A stretch of 64,000 nucleotides of DNA from a bacterium (GTDB lineage Bacteria; Sysuimicrobiota; Sysuimicrobiia; Sysuimicrobiales; Humicultoraceae), in assembly GCA_041497675.1 (NCBI GenBank), contig JBGQGY010000003.1:335-64334 (forward strand), written 5' to 3'. The translations under genes and the position numbers were made by a program. Every line of letters starts with the position of its first letter. Positions within the stretch are counted from its first letter, which is position 1. The notes under the pieces are model-generated. The model ran no database searches and was not told the origin of the DNA. It was given only the letters and a program-made list of their open reading frames with translations. Below are positions 7,258 through 14,641 of the stretch, piece after piece.

Positions 7258-8199
7258 TTACCGGGCCGCGGATGCCCCCGCCGCGGGACGGGATCGGCTG
7301 ACGTACTTGAACGCCAGTCGGTGTGAAACCAGTGCCTCCAGAATGCCCCCGACTTGGGCCGGCGTCAAGCCCGTTTCGGAGGCAATCTCGGCCAGGGTGT
7401 GCGCGCCGTCGAGGAGACGCAGAACCGTCCCGGTGACGCCGTTGCTCACGACCCCGGCGAGCTCCGCGGCGACGTCCGAAGGCAGATTCTCCGCGACACC
7501 CGGCGATAGCAGATACCGTGCCTCCCGGGCGAACCGGCCGAAAACAGCTTCCAGTTCCCGCGACGGCGCTGCGGGCGGTGGCGGCGCGACCTCAGGCTGC
7601 GCACCCGCCTCCTCGACCGCGGCGACCTTGATCGCCGGGACCTCGATCACCGGGACGTCAACCGGCGCAGCGTCGACGGGCGCAACGTCGGCGGGCGCAG
7701 CGTCGACCACCGCAATGGGTTCTGAGGCCGGCGTGACGACTGAGACTGTCTGCGCCTGCAGCGAGCCGGTGATGACGATGATCCATCCCCTGGCCTGCTT
7801 CATGACGGCGCCAGACGTCGCTGCCGACGCCGGCTCGATGACGGCGAGCGCTCCCCCATTGAGGTCCAGCACCGCTGGTTTGGGTCCGAGCACGAGCACT
7901 ACGGCGCTCGCTTGGTCAGACTGTAGACGGGCGATGTAGCGGTCGAGGTGGACGAAGTCAGTATGCAGCGCCGCGCCTGAAAATTCTAGTGACGCGATCC
8001 GCTCCACGACGTCCTTGCGCAGCCGTAACTGAGCGGATTCCGCGCGGGCCGGTGGACCATCGGCGAACACCGCATCCGGCGCGCCGACATGCCAGCCGCT
8101 GGGCCCAAAGACCGCCGCGCAGGGCGTCGATGCTTCGAAAATCGCCGCCACGCCTCCGAGCCAAGCGTAATGAGTAATCCTGGCAGTCGCGGCGGCCAC
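7258..8199 (-). CDS. hypothetical protein with C-terminal HTH-like segment and internal (APVDA)n low-complexity repeat
   Basis: 313-aa ORF with uniform codon use. C-terminal ...VLRLLDGAHTLAEIASETGLTPAQVGGILEALVSHRLAF resembles a winged-helix/HTH. Last gene of the riboswitch-B operon; start is 4 nt after the upstream stop. Confidence 0.55.
   Translation of the reverse strand: MAAATARITHYAWLGGVAAIFEASTPCAAVFGPSGWHVGAPDAVFADGPPARAESAQLRLRKDVVERIASLEFSGAALHTDFVHLDRYIARLQSDQASAVVLVLGPKPAVLDLNGGALAVIEPASAATSGAVMKQARGWIIVITGSLQAQTVSVVTPASEPIAVVDAAPADVAPVDAAPVDVPVIEVPAIKVAAVEEAGAQPEVAPPPPAAPSRELEAVFGRFAREARYLLSPGVAENLPSDVAAELAGVVSNGVTGTVLRLLDGAHTLAEIASETGLTPAQVGGILEALVSHRLAFKYVSRSRPAAGASAAR
7664..7708. 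repeat. 15-bp tandem repeat x3 (ggcgcagcgtcgacg) inside the CDS
   Basis: ggcgcagcgtcgacg / ggcgcaacgtcggcg / ggcgcagcgtcgacc, coding APVDAAPVDAAPVD on the minus strand. Confidence 0.7.
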
Positions 8200-8202
8200 G
8201 AC

Positions 8203-8979
8203 TCAGATGTCCTCCTGTACCGTCCGCTGCCAGAAACCACCCAGCGCGAGAAAGACGAAGCCCGCCACCCACAGCGCATTGATCGTGTGGACTTCCGAGT
8301 AGAGTTCGTACCAGCTGAGAAACGCGTAGCCCAGACTGGCGACCGCCAGACAGAGCGCCGAGGCGGCGACGGCCAGCCAGGTATATGCCGAGGTGCCGCC
8401 GCGAAACCCGACGGCGGGTAGCAACCCCGCGGGCACGAGAAAGACCGCGATGGTCGGATAGAAGACCGCCAGCACCTTCACCGTTGTCGGCGCCGGACTG
8501 GCCATGATCGGGCTCACGATGAACTCGAAGCCAAGCGCCCACCCCACGACACCGAGTCCCACCAGCGCGAGGCGGACCGGGCGATCGACCATTGGTGCAA
8601 CCAACCGGATCTCCAGACCGAGGGCGAGACCAAGCAGCAGGTAGAAGACGACGAAGAACCCGTCGGCGATCGACGGGTACGGCAGTGCCCGTCCCCCCCA
8701 CCATTGGTAGAACGCAAAGACCCCGCGGCCGGCCGCCCAGGCTAGCGCCGCCAGCCCCCCGATGGACCACACCGCGCGCTCGCGATCGCCCGACACGTAG
8801 GCGCGTCGAGCCGCGAGGCACCCGATACCGGCAAGGATCGGCGCAACGATCTGAACTGCCGAGCCCAGCACGTGTCGGGCCAGGCGGCCCTGGAGGCTGG
8901 TTTCTGCCGCACCGTACGCGTAGGCGGCGGCCAGGACAAGGCCGCCCATGACGATGAGCAGCACGCGAAAACGCTTCAT
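8203..8979 (-). CDS. integral membrane protein, ~7 predicted TM helices (258 aa), unknown function
   Basis: MKRFRVLLIVMGGLVLAAAYAY... followed by multiple hydrophobic stretches. ATG at 8979 overlaps the upstream stop (ATGA). The longer 353-aa ORF has an Arg-rich N-terminal extension that looks like antisense or out-of-frame readthrough. Confidence 0.65.
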   Translation of the reverse strand: MKRFRVLLIVMGGLVLAAAYAYGAAETSLQGRLARHVLGSAVQIVAPILAGIGCLAARRAYVSGDRERAVWSIGGLAALAWAAGRGVFAFYQWWGGRALPYPSIADGFFVVFYLLLGLALGLEIRLVAPMVDRPVRLALVGLGVVGWALGFEFIVSPIMASPAPTTVKVLAVFYPTIAVFLVPAGLLPAVGFRGGTSAYTWLAVAASALCLAVASLGYAFLSWYELYSEVHTINALWVAGFVFLALGGFWQRTVQEDI

Positions 8980-9830
8980 CGAGCCGCTCCGGAGTCGCCG
9001 GCACCTGCCGCGTCGCGTTCGGCTGCGGCAATCGCCCGGTCGACGAACGCACGACCGGCGACGGCGATGATCGGTTCGCACGCCGTCTCGACGATGACCC
9101 GCCACGACGCCTCGGAGATCGGAGGCGCATACACGCGGGTTCCGTCGACCCGGCCGCCATGCGGCGCGAGCGCGGCGGCGAGCGTCGATGTGAACCGCTG
9201 GGCGAGCCGCTGGCCGCGATGACGCGCTACCCGTTCGGCCACGCCTTCCATGGTGCGCGGCCACGGTCGGGTCGACGCCTCAACGGGGGCCACGGGTTCC
9301 GTCGCCACCACGCGCTCGCCGGCAGCAGTCGCTCGCGCTGGCGGCGCTTCGCTCACCGGGGCGACCGGCTCGACGACCGGCGGAGCGGTCACCACCTCAG
9401 CCACCTCCGCCGGCTCAACCGCTGGCATCGACTGCGACGTCACGAGGCTCTGCCCTGGGACTTTGAAGACCGTCGCCGGGGCTGCGGACGGTGGGCCCGC
9501 CGCCTGTCCGAAGGCGACGTCTGGCGGCGCGCCCACATACACGCTCAGCGTCGAACCGTTTGACGCCATCTCGCGGAAGAGGTCGTGCCCGCCGGCACCG
9601 GCCAGCACGGCCTCTCCGCCGTCAACGTCAAAGAACCAGGCGTCCTGCGCCTCGCCCTCGTGCACCCAGACCAGGCTCTCCATTTCGAGGTCGGCGAGGT
9701 AGATGCCGCCTTCAAACCCGCGGCCGATCAAATGCGCCAGCAGCCCGTCGATATCCACCGCATCGCCGGGGAAGTCGGTGACTAAGGCCGGTCCGGCCCG
9801 GAGCACTTCGAGTGCTTGACGCCGGTTCAC
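8976..9830 (-). CDS. hypothetical protein, DUF4388-like N-terminal motif (tentative), Pro/Ala/Val-rich middle
   Basis: GDAVDIDGLLAHLIGRGFEGGIYL resembles the DUF4388 G-x-x-x-F-x-L-x-D-L-L-Q-x-L...G-x-L signature as I recall it. Probable GTG start at 9830, with AGGAG 5 nt upstream and 8 nt after the TAXI gene stop. Confidence 0.5.
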   Translation of the reverse strand: MNRRQALEVLRAGPALVTDFPGDAVDIDGLLAHLIGRGFEGGIYLADLEMESLVWVHEGEAQDAWFFDVDGGEAVLAGAGGHDLFREMASNGSTLSVYVGAPPDVAFGQAAGPPSAAPATVFKVPGQSLVTSQSMPAVEPAEVAEVVTAPPVVEPVAPVSEAPPARATAAGERVVATEPVAPVEASTRPWPRTMEGVAERVARHRGQRLAQRFTSTLAAALAPHGGRVDGTRVYAPPISEASWRVIVETACEPIIAVAGRAFVDRAIAAAERDAAGAGDSGAAR

Positions 9831-9838
9831 GTGAGCTC

Positions 9839-10810
9839 CTACTTGATGCCTCGCTCCCTGTAGAAACGCAGAGCGCCGGCATGCATCGTAATTGGCATCC
9901 CCGAGCGTGACGTGTTGGTCGTAATGTCCTTGCCGCGCGCATGGGCGGCCTGCAATCGGTCGGTGTTGGTCCACAGCGCCGAGGTCAACGTGTAGATCAG
10001 GGCTTCCTCGATGTCCTGACGCGTCACCAGCATCGCCATCACCGCTGCGGTATCCACTGACTCGGTCTGGCCCTTGTAGGTGTTGGCCGGTACCGTCACG
10101 CGTGTGTAATAGGGGTACTGCTCGCGCAGCATCTCCACGACGTCTCTTGGGATCGCCAGGACCTTCAGGTCGCGGCTGGACGCGATATCCTGTACAGCCG
10201 CTGTCGGGAACCCCGCTGTAATGAACGCCGCGTCGATCACGCCATCCTTCAACTGATCGGCGGCCTCGGCGAAGTTCAGGAAGTCCGGCCGCGTGTTGTA
10301 ATAGCCGAGTTCAAACGCGCGGAGAATCTGACGCGCGTTGATCTCGGTGCCGCTGCCCGGCGCGCCGACGGCGATGCGCTTGCCCTTGAGATCGGCGATC
10401 GAATTGATGTTCTTGGACTTCAGCGTGACGACCTGAATCGTCTCCGGATACAACATCGCCATGCCTCGAAGATTCGCGATCGGCTGGGTCTTGTTGGCGA
10501 CGCGATCCATAAACATCTCGGTCCCGTGGAAGGCGTAGTAGGTGATATCGTTCTGGATGAACGCCACCGCCACGTCGCTCCGCTGTAGCAGGCGGATGTT
10601 GGCGACCGAGGCGCCGGACGTCTGCGCCGTCGCCTGGACGTTTGGCACCTTGCCGCTCCACACTTCCGCCAGCGCCGCGCCCAACGGGAAGTAGACACCC
10701 GCCGTGCCGCCCGTTGCAATGGCGACAAACGTGCGCTGTTGGGCCATGGCGGGCCAGACGGCTACGCTGAGCACCGCCAGTATGACGATTCCGAGTGTGA
10801 TCCGACGCAT
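9839..10810 (-). CDS. TAXI-family TRAP transporter solute-binding protein (orphan, no DctQM permease adjacent)
   Basis: Signal peptide MRRITLGIVILAVLSVAVWPAMA; VAIATGGTAGVYFPLGAALAEV matches the TAXI signature. Start codon choice among M1, M9 and M16 is uncertain. Confidence 0.8.
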   Translation of the reverse strand: MRRITLGIVILAVLSVAVWPAMAQQRTFVAIATGGTAGVYFPLGAALAEVWSGKVPNVQATAQTSGASVANIRLLQRSDVAVAFIQNDITYYAFHGTEMFMDRVANKTQPIANLRGMAMLYPETIQVVTLKSKNINSIADLKGKRIAVGAPGSGTEINARQILRAFELGYYNTRPDFLNFAEAADQLKDGVIDAAFITAGFPTAAVQDIASSRDLKVLAIPRDVVEMLREQYPYYTRVTVPANTYKGQTESVDTAAVMAMLVTRQDIEEALIYTLTSALWTNTDRLQAAHARGKDITTNTSRSGMPITMHAGALRFYRERGIK

Positions 10811-10858
10811 GTGCGCTCTCCTCCTCATCATCGTGTCGAACGGATGGACCCTCATACG

Positions 10859-11983
10859 CTATCGCTGGATAATCTCAAACTGTCCTTGGTGCACTCGGGC
10901 CACGGCTACCGGGCGGGACGGCACACCCCATCGATCAAGGGTGATCTGACCGGTCACACCGGGAAACTTCCGGAGCCCCTGCAGCGCGGTCTTGATCGCG
11001 ACGGGGCTTCTGTCACCACGGCGCATCGTGGACGCCAGCATCTTCACCGCATCGTAGGCCTGTGCCGCGAAATGGTCCGGCGTCTCGTTGAACTTCTTCC
11101 GATACTTGGCCCCGAACTCTTGGACGATCGGTAGCGGATCGCTGGCCACAAACGGCGCAGGCAAGAGCACATCCTCCGCGTAGATTTTGGCCCACGCCAC
11201 GAGATCGGTCGAATACAGCGCGTCGGATCCCACGATCGGCACCCGAACGCCGCGGCCTTTGAGCGCCGCCACGATCAACGCGCCCTCATCCGGGTACCCG
11301 GCCACAAAGACCGCGTCCGCCCCGTCGGCGAGCACGCCGGTCACGTGACGGGTGAAGTCGGTGTCCCCGTCGTGGTAGAGCCTCGTGCCGACGACCCGAC
11401 CACCCAACCCCTTGATCCGCTCGGCAAATGCGAGGGCGACCATGGTGCCGTACTCGTTGGCATCGTGGATGATGGCCAACCGGCGCGTATTCCGGGTACG
11501 CACAAGAAAATCCGCGAGGGTGCGCGCCTGAGCTTCAGCGGACAGCGACGTGCGGAAAAACGAGGACCCCGAGTAGGGAATCGTCCCGGTAGCGCCTGGG
11601 CTGACCAGGGGGATCCCCGCGCGCTCAGCCATCGGCGCGACGGCCAGCGCGGTCGCGTCCGTCACCGGTCCCACCACGGCGACGATCTTTTGCTTCACCA
11701 GATGCTCGAACTGCTTTGCGGCCTCATCGGCGGTGCCGCGATCGTCCTGCACCATCAGCGTGATCGACGCGCCGCCGACCCCACCCGAGGCGTTGATCTC
11801 TTCAGCGGCGAGCGTGGCACCCTGCACGACGGACTTGGCCGCGGCGGGCACGCCGCTATTGAGCGGCGCCAGGATGCCGATAATAACTGACTCCTGCGCC
11901 CGGAGCGCGGCGCTGGGACCGCAGGCGGAGGTCGCGAGCGCTGCGAAGATGATCGCCGCGGCCCCGAGTGTCATCGTTTTCAT
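10859..11983 (-). CDS. type 1 periplasmic binding protein (LivJ/branched-chain amino acid-like), lipoprotein; orphan SBP
   Basis: MKTMTLGAAAIIFAALATSAC (lipobox), then a PBP1 Leu/Ile/Val-binding-like fold (IVAVVGPVTDATALAVAPMAERAGIPLVSP...). First gene downstream of riboswitch B. Confidence 0.75.
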   Translation of the reverse strand: MKTMTLGAAAIIFAALATSACGPSAALRAQESVIIGILAPLNSGVPAAAKSVVQGATLAAEEINASGGVGGASITLMVQDDRGTADEAAKQFEHLVKQKIVAVVGPVTDATALAVAPMAERAGIPLVSPGATGTIPYSGSSFFRTSLSAEAQARTLADFLVRTRNTRRLAIIHDANEYGTMVALAFAERIKGLGGRVVGTRLYHDGDTDFTRHVTGVLADGADAVFVAGYPDEGALIVAALKGRGVRVPIVGSDALYSTDLVAWAKIYAEDVLLPAPFVASDPLPIVQEFGAKYRKKFNETPDHFAAQAYDAVKMLASTMRRGDRSPVAIKTALQGLRKFPGVTGQITLDRWGVPSRPVAVARVHQGQFEIIQR

Positions 11984-11997
11984 GTGTGTCACCGCCT

Positions 11998-12036
11998 GTG
12001 AACACAAAATGCCTTTCGGCCGCCTGCCGAAAGGCA
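11998..12036 (-). terminator. intrinsic terminator forming the expression platform of riboswitch B
   Basis: Minus-strand RNA: AUGCCUUUCGGC-AGGCG-GCCGAAAGGCAU UUUGUGUUC. Perfect 12-bp stem plus U-tract, 15 nt before the SBP ATG. Confidence 0.65.
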
Positions 12037-12045
12037 TACCACGCC

Positions 12046-12140
12046 TGCCCCTTCGGCAACCCGGCCGGCCGCGCGGTTGGACGTCCCGCGCGCCCCCGTG
12101 GCTTTGCGTCCCCACCTTGCGATGGGTTTGCCCGTTCGGA
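12046..12140 (-). promoter_or_regulatory. c-di-GMP-I (GEMM) riboswitch-like aptamer B, leader of the SBP/DUF4388/7TM operon
   Basis: Minus-strand RNA: CCGAACGGGCAAACC-CAUC-GCAA-GGUGGGG-ACGCAAAGCCACGGGGGCGCGCGGGACGUCCAACCGCGCGGCCGGCCGGGUUGCCGAAGGGG. It has the GGCAAACC box, a GNRA-capped hairpin and GGGACGCAAAGCC, which matches the Vc2 junction exactly. Confidence 0.75.
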
Positions 12141-12261
12141 GGCTCTATGCAGTTTGCGGTGCTACCTTTTCTCTACCCCGCCGCGGCTTCGCCTAGACCT
12201 CTGCCTACCCTCCAACAGATGTCCCGAGAGTTGCGGCAGGGTTCCTCCAAGAAGCCATACG

Positions 12262-13191
12262 CTAGAGCGAGAGCAATCGACGGTACAGCTGCGTGACGTT
12301 GTAGACGTACCACTTGGTCTCGTCATAGGGCGGGATGCCTTCATAGCGTTCCACCGCGGCGCGGCCCGCATTGTACGCGGCCAGGGCGAGATGCACGTTG
12401 TCGTATCCGAACCGATCGAGGTTGCCACGCAAGTACCGGATCGTCCCGTAGAGGTTTTGCACGGGATCCTGTGGATCGACGCCCAATGCCCGCGCTGTAT
12501 CCGGCATCAACTGGCCCAATCCCAGTGCCCCCGCCCGCGACGTCACATGCGGTTGGAATCCGGACTCGACCACGACGAGAGCCACGACCAAACGCGGGTC
12601 GATGTTGAATCGATACGAGTATCCGAGCAGCGCCTGCGCGATCTTCTCTGCAACCTCGGGCTGGAGTCTCGGGTTGTAGTAACGCGCGAGCTGCGTATAG
12701 CTCTCAATCGTCGTGACCCACGCCGGCGCCGTCGGTGCGCCGCCCTTCAACGCCGCCAGTTTTGGCACGGGCTTGACGACCCGTAGCCCCTGCAGCGCCA
12801 GCTCGTGGATGCGGTCAGATCCTGGTGCCAGCAGGGCGCGCTGAAACGCCACCTCGGCCTCCCCGGACCGGCCGCCCTGGGCGAGGACGTATCCCCACCA
12901 CAACAGCACGGTGGAATCGCGTGGCGCCAGACGGACCGCCGATTCAAGCACCTGCACCGCCAGCCGTGGCTCGCCCCGATAGTGGTAGACGATCCCAAGC
13001 CACAACCAGCCCTCGGGGTCACTCGGCCGCTGCGCAACCTCGCGGGTGAAGACCGCTTCGGCGTCGCGCAGGCGGCCCTGTGCGACCAGCGCCGCGCCCT
13101 CCCGGAGCGCCGCCGGACCGCTCGGGGCCGCGACGGCCGAGCCGGCCGCAAGAGTGATCAGCAACACGAGCAGGATCACGCCGGTCTTCAT
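12262..13191 (-). CDS. TPR-repeat lytic transglycosylase (SLT domain)
   Basis: Signal/TM MKTGVILLVLLITLAAGSAVA, TPR-like repeats, then an SLT core VVVESGFQPHVTSRAGALGLGQLMPDTA...AYNAG. ATG at 13191 overlaps the Roadblock stop. Confidence 0.8.
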   Translation of the reverse strand: MKTGVILLVLLITLAAGSAVAAPSGPAALREGAALVAQGRLRDAEAVFTREVAQRPSDPEGWLWLGIVYHYRGEPRLAVQVLESAVRLAPRDSTVLLWWGYVLAQGGRSGEAEVAFQRALLAPGSDRIHELALQGLRVVKPVPKLAALKGGAPTAPAWVTTIESYTQLARYYNPRLQPEVAEKIAQALLGYSYRFNIDPRLVVALVVVESGFQPHVTSRAGALGLGQLMPDTARALGVDPQDPVQNLYGTIRYLRGNLDRFGYDNVHLALAAYNAGRAAVERYEGIPPYDETKWYVYNVTQLYRRLLSL

Positions 13192-13547
13192 CCCAGTTGC
13201 TCCACGATCTCGGCCTTCCGGCGCCGTATCTGCAGCCGTGCCCGGGCCAGATTGCCGCCGGCATCGAGCACGGTCGCCACATAGTGTATCTGGCTCACCG
13301 CCATCACCAAGACCGCCAGGCTTTCGGTCGTGAGCGTCACGTAGTCCAGATCCCCGCCCTCGAGCTTCCGAGTGCAATAGGCCCCCACTTTGATCAGCGC
13401 GGCCAGGTCGACACTGGCTTTGGAGAGGTCGCTCGGGCCGCCCTTCGTCACCGCCTCGATGACAGTACCATCCATTGCCACGACCGCGGCGGCACGCGTG
13501 TCGTCGCCCACGAGCTCCTGCAAGATGCCTCTTAGTTTGGTTCCCAT
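13188..13547 (-). CDS. Roadblock/LC7 (MglB-like) domain protein, second copy
   Basis: MGTKLRGILQELVGDDTRAAAVVAMDGTVIEAV...VDLAALIKVGAYCTRKL...LAVLVMAVSQIHYVATVLDAGGN. Start taken at M47 of the listed ORF; M33 at 13589 is an alternative. Confidence 0.75.
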   Translation of the reverse strand: MGTKLRGILQELVGDDTRAAAVVAMDGTVIEAVTKGGPSDLSKASVDLAALIKVGAYCTRKLEGGDLDYVTLTTESLAVLVMAVSQIHYVATVLDAGGNLARARLQIRRRKAEIVEQLG

Positions 13548-13651
13548 GCTCGGCCCCGGGCGGCCGTCAGTGTTCGCCAATGACCCCATGCCTCCTGCCG
13601 AGAAGAGGAATTGTCGATGGCGGCATCGTAGCATCGCCCGGGGAAGGTGAC

Positions 13652-14620
13652 ATGCACACCGCGTTGATCGAACGCATCCGCACACATCGCCGGATCCTGA
13701 CCAGCCGTTGGTCGAAGGCCCTGAAAGAGGCCCCCGGCGCGAACCCGTGGTGGCAAGACACTGAACGGACCGATCGACTCCTGTTCGCCGGCCTTGAAGC
13801 CCTGATCGAGGCCGTGAGCTCCGGCAACGATGAGTTGTTCGTCGCCTTCGCCTCGCGCCTCAGCCAGGAGGCCTTCGCGCTCCAGGTTCCACCCAATGTC
13901 GTCATCCGCGCCATCCTGACCGGAAAGGTCATTGTCACCGAGTTCCTGACCGAACCCGACTCCTCGCCTGGCCTCGACGTCGCCACCGTGCAGTCGCTCG
14001 ATCGGGTCGTCTCCGCCGGCATCCTCGAAGGGATCCGGCGGCACGAACGACAGCGCGAACGCCGGCTGCTCACCGCGCAAGAGCAGCTCGAGCAGCTGCG
14101 CGACCGCCTCCGCCGTCAGGTCGTTGTCGACCCGGCGACGGGTCTCTACAACGCCAACTACTACTCGATCGCCGTGCGCCGCGAAGTTCGCCGTAGCCAG
14201 CGGTTCGGCCGCGTCTTTTCGCTCGCCCTCGTCGCCCCCGACAAAGATGACGGGGTCCGCGACGCCTGGGGCGACGAAGGTCTGCGTGCCGTGTCGATCA
14301 CACTCGCCGACATCCTGACCCGCTGCACCCGGCAGGTCGATCTGCGGGCGGCGCTCGGCGGCGTCCGCTTCGGTCTGATCCTGCCTGAAACGCCGATGGA
14401 GGGCGCGTTCGTGCTCGCCGAGCGCATCCGCGTCGCGGTCGAACAGCAGGCGTTCACACTCCCCGATCACCCATCCCCCGTGACACAGACTGTCAGTATC
14501 GGGCTGGCGAGTTTCCCCCGCGATGCCGAAGATGACCGAGGGATGCTCTCCCGGCTCGAAGAGGCCCTGGCGCGCGCTCGCGGTGGCGGCAACACGACCG
14601 TCGCTGCCGCGTCGGCATAG
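13652..14620 (+). CDS. GGDEF-domain protein with degenerate active site (GGVRF) and intact RxxD I-site; probable c-di-GMP receptor
   Basis: DPATGLYNANYYSIAVRREV...RQVDLRAALGGVRFGLILPET. RQVD lies 5 aa before GG(V)(R)F. Internal ATG (MHTALIERIRT) chosen because the upstream part of the ORF overlaps the divergent Roadblock gene. Confidence 0.75.
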   Translation: MHTALIERIRTHRRILTSRWSKALKEAPGANPWWQDTERTDRLLFAGLEALIEAVSSGNDELFVAFASRLSQEAFALQVPPNVVIRAILTGKVIVTEFLTEPDSSPGLDVATVQSLDRVVSAGILEGIRRHERQRERRLLTAQEQLEQLRDRLRRQVVVDPATGLYNANYYSIAVRREVRRSQRFGRVFSLALVAPDKDDGVRDAWGDEGLRAVSITLADILTRCTRQVDLRAALGGVRFGLILPETPMEGAFVLAERIRVAVEQQAFTLPDHPSPVTQTVSIGLASFPRDAEDDRGMLSRLEEALARARGGGNTTVAAASA

Positions 14621-14641
14621 CCCCGTCGCGTCCTCGCCGCC

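Noticed and set aside
8203-9264. 353-aa version of the 7-TM protein ORF and overlapping 400-aa ORF 7958..9160
   Set aside because: The first 95 codons are Arg-rich nonsense overlapping the upstream gene. ATG at 8979 with ATGA coupling gives a clean membrane protein. 7958..9160 is an antisense or alternate-frame shadow.
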